Below are positions 14,429 through 22,634 of a stretch of 64,000 bases of DNA, piece by piece. The stretch is from Iphione sp. A-MEVVRFRX5 (Eukaryota). Position numbers and translations under genes: made by a program. The number at the start of each line of letters is the position of its first letter. Positions within the stretch are counted from its first letter, which is position 1. The stretch covers positions 33,170,001 to 33,234,000 of the forward strand of contig OZ320319.1 of the NCBI GenBank assembly GCA_976226885.1, read 5' to 3'. Below the pieces are notes generated by a model, which saw only the letters and a list, made by a program, of their open reading frames with translations, was not told the DNA's origin and did no database searches.

Positions 14429-14602
14429 TATTGCCCTAGCCTTGGCGCCCCCTCAACACAAATAATAATACAGAGCTTGGAGGAACATGATATTTATTCA
14501 ATAGACACAATCCTTTAGTCTCTTGAGACTGATTCACAGATAAATTGAATAAATGCACACAACATAGGCAACATAGATGCAATTTCTTTGAAAGTAACAC
14601 CA
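14429..14602 (-). repeat. Split direct repeat B2 (174 bp), element 3' terminus
   Basis: Identical to B1, with element-strand AATAAA at 14498-14493. Confidence 0.95.
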
Positions 14603-14877
14603 TATTCATTCAATAGACACAATCTTTTAGTCTCTTGAGACTGATTCACAGATAAATTGAATAATTGCACATAACATAGGGAACATACATGTAATTTTTC
14701 AAGGTAACACCGTAAACCTCGTCAATCAGCAATCACATTGTTTAGTCTCTTGAGACTGAGCCATACCATTCATTCCATATTTCGTGAGACAACCGGAGGC
14801 TAATAGGCCTACCTTCTACCCTACAAGATCTGACAAACGATGTACATATCATCCACAATCGCGGTGGGAAGGGTGGG
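14603..14877 (-). repeat. A2-B2 spacer containing diverged partial copies of B
   Basis: 14603-14711 is a diverged copy of about 110 bp of B. A further tttagtctcttgagactga copy is at 14741-14759. Confidence 0.85.
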
Positions 14878-14999
14878 TAACATTCAAACGGCAACTGCCA
14901 CTGGCGCTCCACAGCCTCGCGCCTATGGCAGGCCAACACACCAGGGGGCGCCACCGTAAAGCAATACCTTGCAACCGCAGTGCCCTTCAGTGGCTGTAC
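14878..14999 (-). repeat. Split direct repeat A2 (122 bp)
   Basis: Identical to A1 and directly abuts B1 at 14999/15000, the presumed circle-junction sequence gctgtac|tattgccc. Confidence 0.95.
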
Positions 15000-15173
15000 T
15001 ATTGCCCTAGCCTTGGCGCCCCCTCAACACAAATAATAATACAGAGCTTGGAGGAACATGATATTTATTCAATAGACACAATCCTTTAGTCTCTTGAGAC
15101 TGATTCACAGATAAATTGAATAAATGCACACAACATAGGCAACATAGATGCAATTTCTTTGAAAGTAACACCA
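15000..15173 (-). repeat. Split direct repeat B1 (174 bp)
   Basis: Identical to 14429-14602. It begins 14 bp after the YR stop and has AATAAA on the element strand at 15069-15064. Confidence 0.95.
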
Positions 15174-15187
15174 AACCCATAGGGATA

Positions 15188-16141
15188 TTACGCCAAGTCG
15201 GGGTGCTTGGACATAAGCGTAGCGGCTTGAGCGGATGCTATTCTACGACTGGTGTACTGAGCCGAACCTGGCAAAGTCTTCCATGTCCCCTGTGCTAAAA
15301 TCTGAGAGTCAGACGCCCCCATGGCCTGCAGGGCCTGGGCACCGCCCCTTCTGAAGCTGTGCAGAGAGAAGTCATTAGGAGTGTACCCCAGGCTGGCCAA
15401 TGATTTTCTCAAAATCAAGGCGAGCTTATTCACTGGGAATGCTTGATGATAGACTGGATCCACAAACAAGGGCTGTGATGGGGAACGAGTTGGTGATATG
15501 TGTAGCATGGTTAGTAGGGCCCTTCTCGGGCATAGGGGTGAATCAATGGCAGGGAGAGTAATCACCTCCGGAGAGGATACCGAAATTGTCTTGGACCATT
15601 TAATTGTTACTGTGACTGAGTCCCTACCAATTATAACGTCCGACCTAGTCAGCTGAGTGCGTGGATTGAATCTCTGGGGAACCCGTGGGGCAACATTGCT
15701 CTGACGGACGAGACTGAAGAAAAGGAATATATACAGGGCATTTAATGTAATGCCAAGAGGGCCTAGGGGAGCTAGGTAGCTAACTAACTGAGATAGAATC
15801 TGGACTGTGATAGGGTGCTTCTGGGCTGGGACATGGCGGCATGCGAGCTTCAGGGCCTTGAGGGCAGTAGTAGCTCTATGGGTGTTAAACGCTTCTAGGG
15901 AATAGTCCTTCTGCTGGAGAACGTACTTAAGCGATGAAACATATTGGGCGACGACTTCAGGAGTATAGTCCAAAGATGCTAAATATTCTATATACAGGAG
16001 GACCTGATAATCCTGTAGAGACTCTATAGGAAACTCGAAGTGTAGGCAAAAGGCTATGCCTAGCTCGGACTGCTGGATACGACGAGTGTGTGTCGCAGGG
16101 GTGACGGACTGGGTCTGTCTGAGGATAGCCCGTTGTGCCAA
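15188..16141 (-). CDS. Tyrosine recombinase (phage-integrase fold) of the Ngaro element; the frame is open from 16165
   Basis: Catalytic set R (LVRQSN), K (KWSKT), HxxR (HSFRRGGA), W (GTW) and Y (AQY). The ORF-track start is a TTG; the first real ATG (LLTMLH) lies downstream of the catalytic R and K. Confidence 0.93.
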   Translation of the reverse strand: MAQRAILRQTQSVTPATHTRRIQQSELGIAFCLHFEFPIESLQDYQVLLYIEYLASLDYTPEVVAQYVSSLKYVLQQKDYSLEAFNTHRATTALKALKLACRHVPAQKHPITVQILSQLVSYLAPLGPLGITLNALYIFLFFSLVRQSNVAPRVPQRFNPRTQLTRSDVIIGRDSVTVTIKWSKTISVSSPEVITLPAIDSPLCPRRALLTMLHISPTRSPSQPLFVDPVYHQAFPVNKLALILRKSLASLGYTPNDFSLHSFRRGGAQALQAMGASDSQILAQGTWKTLPGSAQYTSRRIASAQAATLMSKHPDLA

Positions 16142-16155
16142 TTCAGTCAGAGGGG

Positions 16156-16192
16156 GACCTGTAAATTAGAATGATAATATACGTGAGGCTAT
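16156..16192 (-). promoter_or_regulatory. Candidate splice acceptor at the start of the YR frame (exon starts 16158)
   Basis: cctcacgtatattatcattctaatttacag|GT CCC: branch-like CTCAC/CTAAT, no intervening AG, and a CAG|G junction that is phase 1 in the YR frame. Confidence 0.6.
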
Positions 16193-18136
16193 TGCCTTAG
16201 TGGGGTATACCCTTTCAATTGTGGGATTCTGCCTAATGAATCTTGAGTGGATAGCCTTGTACTTGCTCGACACAGTGAGCCTGGACAAGGCGTCAGCGTA
16301 TATCATATCTGAACCAGGCTTGTGAGTAAATAGTAGATGAGTGCAATTGTTTGCTGCCCTCATCCAGACTGCCCTTGCAATTTTTGAAAGGAAGGGATCG
16401 CGAGTCTTCCCTGTTGACAAGACTGAGACTGTGGCGGAGTTATCACAAAAAACCTCTACTCTCATATTAGTGTGACGATCAGTTAGTAGTGTGTATATAG
16501 CCAGGGCTGTGTTAAAGGCTTCTAGCTGTGATATCGGGTAGGCGGACAATTCGAGCGGTACGGTGACAGAGTAATACATGGTACTGGAGTACGCCCCTAA
16601 GCCTGTAAATGAAGCATCACAATAGATCTCGTCAACCGTGGCAGGGGGAGGAATCAGAGTAACACCATTATAATTTGGCAGAAAATCAGTGAACCATTTC
16701 AGATCAAGCATAGATTGCTGGGACAATTGCACATAATTTTGCTTAGCGAAGACGGCATGCCTGTATTGATCAAGGAGTGTATTAATGAAAATCCTAACCG
16801 GGGGGGAGCATTTACCTACAAAATTAATAAGACCAAGTAGAGATTGCAAACTCTTGATATTTAATGTGCGCTTACTCATAACATCCTTTGCTGTGGTGGT
16901 CAGTTGAGAGATTTTTTCAACAGGTATGGACATCTTTCTTTCATCAGTTTGGAATCTGACCCCCAGCCATGTGATATCAGTGGTAGGGGGTACACATTTA
17001 TCGTGGGCCAGTTGCAGACCAAGTGATGACATTAATACCTTGGCATAATTATGTACTTGTGACAAATACTCGTGGTCGTGGTGTATGAAGATGTAGTCAT
17101 CTAAGTAAGCGTACGCTTGCACACGTGCAAATTTAGTCGTTATTTTGGCTAATATTGTTTCTGATATGGATTGAAGCAGGAGGGATGAAAACCTGGTGCC
17201 AAACGGGAGTGATAAGTCAGTGAAGTACATGTCATTTGAAATAAATGTTAATAGCGGCCAATCTAACGGGTCGACAGGAAAGTGCCTGTAGGCTCTTTTT
17301 AAGTCTAGTGAGGAAACATAAAGGGTTTGGTTTGACGACATTATGTAGTCTGAGAGGTTACATGTGGTTGGCAGCTGTACACGTGCGGGAACTGTGAAAT
17401 AATTGTGGTGGGGAATGTACATGTTTACCCCACTTCGACACAAATCCACTATTATTCTCCTGTCAGGAGACATCTTTTTTGGGCGAGTCATTATGGGACT
17501 AACACAGGAGTGTGGGTTGAATGGGTCCGAGTCGAATGGACCTGCTATGGCTCTGAAACCCATTTCAGTACATATATACTTATCTACATGCTTCTGCTCA
17601 GAATCCATGAGTGGGTACATATGAGTATCGGAGACCGGGATCGTACTGCCGGTGAATCCTAAAGGGAAACCGTATGTGATAAATTGGAGGATAATGAACT
17701 GGGCTGGGTCGTGAGGATCGAGGAGCTGCTGCCACTGTGGGATATTTAGGGGTGAGTGAAGCGGAATCATTGCTTCGAGGTGATTTGGGAGACCCGTTTG
17801 TCTTACCCTAGTATACGTGGTAGCCAAATGCTCCGGGAAACATTCAGTAGGTGTCGGCCAATTCATAATACGGTCAGCGAGGAGATTAAGGTGATTACGA
17901 CATACGACACCTCTTGGGGCATTGTAGAGGGGATTACATTGTTCAAACATACAAACATGACAATCGAGATAATCGTAACATAATGGGTGTGTGCAAGCAA
18001 ATAGTGCATGGTCTTTTGACGTCTGTGTGTTGGTGTTCACCACTCGGGGTCCTGCCTCGGTCGTCGGTATTCTTGTTGTGGTGTCTGTCTCCCTCCTGTC
18101 TGCGGCTGGGGTTGGGTGCGGCATCTCGTCCTGCAC
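16166..18136 (-). CDS. pol: Reverse transcriptase-RNase H (pol) of the Ngaro element; the frame is open from 18160
   Basis: RT motifs LDLKRAYRH, LPFG, YAYLDDY and WLGV. RNase H motifs IYCDAS, ISQLEAFN, VFCDNSATV and ADALSR. The pre-RT segment TGLPN...IP...W...YGFPLG is characteristic of Ngaro-like RTs. The ORF-track start is a GTG; the first ATG is at 18124. Confidence 0.95.
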   Translation of the reverse strand: MQDEMPHPTPAADRRETDTTTRIPTTEAGPRVVNTNTQTSKDHALFACTHPLCYDYLDCHVCMFEQCNPLYNAPRGVVCRNHLNLLADRIMNWPTPTECFPEHLATTYTRVRQTGLPNHLEAMIPLHSPLNIPQWQQLLDPHDPAQFIILQFITYGFPLGFTGSTIPVSDTHMYPLMDSEQKHVDKYICTEMGFRAIAGPFDSDPFNPHSCVSPIMTRPKKMSPDRRIIVDLCRSGVNMYIPHHNYFTVPARVQLPTTCNLSDYIMSSNQTLYVSSLDLKRAYRHFPVDPLDWPLLTFISNDMYFTDLSLPFGTRFSSLLLQSISETILAKITTKFARVQAYAYLDDYIFIHHDHEYLSQVHNYAKVLMSSLGLQLAHDKCVPPTTDITWLGVRFQTDERKMSIPVEKISQLTTTAKDVMSKRTLNIKSLQSLLGLINFVGKCSPPVRIFINTLLDQYRHAVFAKQNYVQLSQQSMLDLKWFTDFLPNYNGVTLIPPPATVDEIYCDASFTGLGAYSSTMYYSVTVPLELSAYPISQLEAFNTALAIYTLLTDRHTNMRVEVFCDNSATVSVLSTGKTRDPFLSKIARAVWMRAANNCTHLLFTHKPGSDMIYADALSRLTVSSKYKAIHSRFIRQNPTIERVYPTKAIASRILSF

Positions 18137-19008
18137 TGATCCACCTTGTGATCCATCTGCTTATTAAATAAGAGAAAACAGTATGGGCATATGTGGTAGA
18201 AATACACATCGTTAACAATATGTGGGGATTGTTCTGAGCACTTTGAATAGTTCCATTTAGGGCAGGGAACCATATTGTCCTTGGATGGGGGAGTGTACTT
18301 TGGTCGGTTGTTGCTGTTGTATGCTGATATGGACCTCTGCTTCAGGGTCTGTATCCTCTGGTGGTCATCCCACTTAAGTCTGTCGTTTGTGGTAGTAACC
18401 CACAGCTCATGGACCCAGTCCTTGATTGAGTCCCATCCTGTAGATTGAGTCTCCTCCGCCGCGTCTCTGACGTGGTCCAGCAGTAAGTTATACTCAGCTG
18501 GATATTCAATAGTGGGATCGAGGAGCAACGACATGGTGGCAGCTACATATTGTGGAAAGGTTGCTTTACGGACGTCAGTGCTGGTTGAATCCTTTAGGAT
18601 AAGGTAATTAGAAGGGCTTGGCTTGGCCAGTTGCTTACCGACGGCTTCCAGCGCTTTGGGGTACATTGTGGAGAATATTTCTTGAATCCTCCCAGCTTCT
18701 TGTGCTTTGATGGCTGTTGGTGCCGGGATGTTATCGCCTGGTGTTGGAGACGGTTCCTTTGTTGTGTCCCCTCCTTCAGCTGTTGTCGGTGACGGTTGGG
18801 CGTCTTGGCGGGAAGTAGACGCCTTGGCGGCTGCGGATCTTGTAACGACCGTTGGATTTGATTGTTTGGATTTTTCCTTTGTCTTCTGTTCAGGCTCCTT
18901 GGAGAATTGGTCAAATCGTTTCTCCAGGTCTTGGATCTTCTCCAGTAGTTTTTGGAGTATTCCCTCAGCGGAGGGGTCCTGATCAGTGCCTTCTTTAGTA
19001 TCGGGCAT
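18037..19008 (-). CDS. gag: Gag-like ORF1 (323 aa) of the Ngaro element
   Basis: ATG start. N-terminal coiled-coil-like ILQKLLEKIQDLEKRFDQF, then a low-complexity linker, then a C-terminal Cys/His cluster CPKWNYSKC...HICPYC...H...C typical of DIRS/Ngaro ORF1. It lies directly upstream of RT. Confidence 0.85.
   Translation of the reverse strand: MPDTKEGTDQDPSAEGILQKLLEKIQDLEKRFDQFSKEPEQKTKEKSKQSNPTVVTRSAAAKASTSRQDAQPSPTTAEGGDTTKEPSPTPGDNIPAPTAIKAQEAGRIQEIFSTMYPKALEAVGKQLAKPSPSNYLILKDSTSTDVRKATFPQYVAATMSLLLDPTIEYPAEYNLLLDHVRDAAEETQSTGWDSIKDWVHELWVTTTNDRLKWDDHQRIQTLKQRSISAYNSNNRPKYTPPSKDNMVPCPKWNYSKCSEQSPHIVNDVYFYHICPYCFLLFNKQMDHKVDQCRTRCRTQPQPQTGGRQTPQQEYRRPRQDPEW
18154..18185 (-). promoter_or_regulatory. 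Candidate splice acceptor at the start of the pol frame (exon starts 18156)
   Basis: catactgttttctcttatttaataagcag|AT GGA: a polypyrimidine tract, about 70 nt free of AG upstream, and a NAGNAG end. Both AG choices are phase 1 in the pol frame. Confidence 0.5.
18633..18641 (-). promoter_or_regulatory. Candidate 5' splice donor inside gag (TCG|GTAAGC, phase 1, intron starts 18638)
   Basis: Near-consensus donor at gag codon 124 (GTC G|GT AAG). Confidence 0.6.
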
Positions 19009-19085
19009 TGTTCGGTCTCCCGGTCAGCCTCGGTCAGTCGGTCAGCCTCGGACAACAGCAGGCAGGTGTAGACGTCTGCACTCGA

Positions 19086-19207
19086 TAACATTCAAACGGC
19101 AACTGCCACTGGCGCTCCACAGCCTCGCGCCTATGGCAGGCCAACACACCAGGGGGCGCCACCGTAAAGCAATACCTTGCAACCGCAGTGCCCTTCAGTG
19201 GCTGTAC
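19086..19207 (-). repeat. Split direct repeat A1 (122 bp)
   Basis: Identical to 14878-14999 (taacattcaaacgg...cagtggctgtac on the + strand). Confidence 0.95.
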
Positions 19208-21249
19208 CATTGTCGGACTCTCCCCGCTCTAACTGGCACTTTGCTAAACATTACAACAGTCCTACTTGCCATTTCTTTGTGGTTCCCTTTAGGGGTCTGT
19301 AGGGGCTCACGGATGCCGCCAGACGTTGCCTTGAAATCGAAGGGTAGCATGCCTTTACCAATAATCTCTCCAGTCAACCCTATGTGGCTTCTGACAATCA
19401 CTCCCACCATGCGGAACTCCTAATAAATTGATGAATGGGAGGCGAGGTGCTTCTGATGTTACTCCGGCGACTACTACAGGACCACATAGTAGCAAATAGT
19501 TCGCCCCGTATCCCCAAAGCCATGGGTAGACATCACAGGTTAAGGCTAGCTTTCATTTTCTGATCCCATCCCAAGCACACAGTCAAAGAGAATCGGATAT
19601 ATATGTATACTTCGGTATCCTCGAATAGCTTTGACTAGGGTGGATCTGTTCCGTACGTGCTCCGCCGCAAGGGAAAAATGTTCGCATGGTCGCACACATA
19701 CAGATCAAATGCATGCTTATTTCCTTTACATTTGCCATCAAAGCTGCTGCTTGCCATATGAAAAATAGAACCCGCAACGGACGAAGAACTGATATCACGA
19801 AGAACTCATATCTTTCTTGTCTTGTGAGTTTTTCGGAATGTATTAAAATAGAGACTTATACTATCTAACTTTTCCCCTTAGGTCCCCACCTTTCATATAT
19901 ATGATGTAAGTTTTCTCAAAGTCCAAATAGGAGAAGTGGTATTGTCTGGTTTGGAAACACGTGTTGTTTCCAGGATCCATTAACAATAGGGAAAATATAC
20001 GATCCTACCCACAACCCCTATTTTTTCAATTTGTTACCAGAAGCACAGATATTATTTTTAGGCCTAAGATGTAATTTCTGTCAGGCTACTGCTACCTTTA
20101 CTGCAAAGGCCATTACAATCAACTTGTGGCATTGCGTATGAATCATACAGTTGGACTCTCTCAACTGGTGAAGGCCAAATGCTTATTTTTTGGAGCACGG
20201 AGTTCTCTCTTCATACGCAAGACGATAAAAACGCCCCTCATTAAGAGGGGATGACCAAATCCAAACAGGCCGCACCTTCAAATAAAAGTGTACGAATTGA
20301 TTGTCAGTTGTACTTAAACAAGACATGTGAAACAGGATTGATTGGCAGGAGCAAGAATAAGAATGAAGGCAAAAAGAGGAACAACCATAAATTGAGGAAT
20401 TTAAATGGGAAGTCATGACTAGCCAATCATACAGGAAATAAAGTTTAAACATCACTGACTATTTTAAAAAAACACAAGCGCCTTTGGCCGCCGACTTGGG
20501 GGTTGACTCAAGGGGTCAAAGTACAGACTGCTAACTGTCCAAACGTCACCTTCTTTGATGGCATGGCTGGTACTACTTTTTACAACCCTCAGCCATGCTT
20601 GATTGCACATAGGTGTAGTAATACTATTCCAAGATGTCTGCCACCATGGCTGGACTACTTTCAGGCAACGTTTTATATAGGTAGTGTAATAACTTATAAA
20701 TTGTCATTTGTCCATCAGAATTTGAATATCCATTTCGCAAAACATAAAAGCTCATCTAAAACAATTAGGATCAAAACGATTCACTTTGGAACATTCCATA
20801 TGGAAACAATAATTACATGTACTAGAAATGATATTCATGTCCTTCTGTAAAAGGTGAATGACATTTACCGACGGTGCAGAATAACGGGACCTTGATGTAT
20901 CTTGACCCTTAGTAACCCATAGTGGACGGAAGACTAAGAAGTGTGGGGAATGTCACGCATGACACTGAGTGAATGGTGCCCATTTAGATGAAGCATGCAG
21001 CCGATGAGGAATGGGGAACAGACGCCATAACATTATTTATGTATATATATATGTGTATGTGTGTATATAAGAGTGCTTCGGTGAAGACTTTCGTCCCATG
21101 GAGCGTTCGCCCTACATGATACCTTCGAGCCTCCACCGTGGTCCCACACCGCTTTCTACCGCGGAGAGCACCGTGAGACCCACGAGAGAGGTGCAGGTGG
21201 GAAGAGTGGGGGTGGTAGAGATCAGAGGGGGACACTGGAGAGACTGCAG

Positions 21250-21640
21250 GGACAACTTGGAGCTCATACATTCCCTACTTCAGGTTACACATATGGCACA
21301 CGCGTTTCTTCCCTCAAGGACAATACTGTTGTTTGGAATAAGAAAAGTTTACCAATCAGGCGGCATACAAAACGATATACATGTAAATGTCTGTGAGCTG
21401 ATCTCTGAGAGGGCACTAATCGCAGTGGATAAGCAGGTGAGGCTGGGCCTGCTGCCCTGGGAAAGAGTTGACAGGATGAGGAGTGGGACAGCAGGGAGAG
21501 TTGTGACCTGTAAGCCCAAGAGTTCCCACTTCGCAAACTCTCTTAGACACGCTGAAGTTAGGACTTGGAACAGCCTTCCAAACAGCGTGAAAGATGGGAC
21601 AGTTAAAGTCTCAGCTTGGCTGAAGAGAAGGCAGTGATAC
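21250..21640 (+). mobile_element. 3' fragment of a LINE ORF2
   Basis: Ends in FANSLRHAEVRTWNSLPNSVK, the WNxLP motif that closes CR1/L2/RTE-type ORF2 proteins. No RT core is retained. Confidence 0.6.
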
Positions 21641-22602
21641 CGAGCTGGACATGGCTATGGGTGGTGACCTAATCAAGGCAATGGTGTCATTGCCTTTTCG
21701 ATGTCACACCTGTAGGTATCTAACTCGCTGGTCGTGAAGTACTTGAACCCAACTAACCTTGGTCCCATAGTGTGTTAGTTTTCTGCAGATATTTAATTGT
21801 ACTCCTTACTGGTAAATACAGCCACAAGTCAGATGCATACTAGGTTAGGATTTGTATGAGAACAGACACATCAATTATTTGCCATTACATTTAGTACACG
21901 GTGGAATATGTTAGCATAACCCCAAGATAGGTATGGTGTCTCCTTTCTAAGAACTGAGACCAATTTGCATCTCATGATGTTGAACTCAATGACAAATAGC
22001 TCCTCATGACTACGGATTCAATGATGTGTATGTACTGTTCCCTGTCCACTTGGCATGAGTCTCTACTAAAGGACATGGTCATATGTTCTCCTCACACTGC
22101 CTGATCTAGGAACTAATTTTTCCTACCATTGTAACCACGTTTGCGTGAACTATGTTTCTCATCGACTTAATTAGCCCCCCACTTATAGTAGCTTCTGACA
22201 GTATGCTCCGTATGAGTCTGGGGATGTATGAACCGTACACTGAGTTACGTGAGAACACATTTAATGTGATACACTGTACTGTGGTGTTTACTAGTGTCTT
22301 CATATCAGGACTGTTGTCATGAGACTAAGAATGTTAGCGTGTACATCTGCCCTCATCGTCTGGGCCCCTGATTCTAGAACTATGATAGACATGATCATTG
22401 TGACAAGCGATGGTTTGACTTTCTCCACCCGATGAACAGTAGTTCCTTGTATGACGTTGCTTGTTGGCAGATGATGTTTTGGCAATACAAGCCGCTTGAG
22501 TGTAGTACCACATGGGAATATGTTCAGCGGAGTATGCTATGTATATACGTTTCTTCTACATATTCGACGCTGATACCTCTGATTGTAACTGCAGAGATGT
22601 TG

Positions 22603-22634
22603 AATAAAAACATTCAAACATTCAAACATTCAAA
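22603..22634 (+). repeat. LINE-type 3' tail: AATAAA followed by (CATTCAAA)3
   Basis: A poly(A) signal directly followed by an 8-nt tandem tail, as in CR1/L2/RTE 3' ends. Confidence 0.5.

Larger units (their letters stand above)
14429..19207 (-). mobile_element. Full-length Ngaro-type (DIRS order) tyrosine-recombinase retrotransposon with split direct repeats
   Basis: Element-sense order is A1(19207-19086), gag, RT/RNaseH, YR, B1(15173-15000), A2(14999-14878), spacer, B2(14602-14429). Split direct repeats with RT+RH+YR, no integrase and no methyltransferase after RH match Ngaro rather than DIRS1-like ITR/ICR elements. Both repeat pairs read identical by eye and all three ORFs are uninterrupted. 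Confidence 0.93.

Noticed and set aside
14742-15089. ORFs 14742-14954, 14784-15089, 14309-14518 and 18986-19423
   Set aside because: They run across the A/B repeats or the element-host junction and share repeat-derived peptides, so they are not independent genes.
14429-15173. CRISPR-like or LTR interpretation of the repeats
   Set aside because: The repeats are 122-174 bp with no unique spacers and no cas genes. They are not a terminal TG...CA pair with TSD and there is no integrase.
18040-18160. -1 ribosomal frameshift from gag to pol
   Set aside because: No X XXY YYZ heptamer was seen in the open overlap, and the nearby TTTAAT would shift straight onto the TAA at 18163-18161. It is not formally excluded.
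17403-18982. Plus-strand ORFs within the Ngaro element
   Set aside because: They are antisense shadows of gag and pol.
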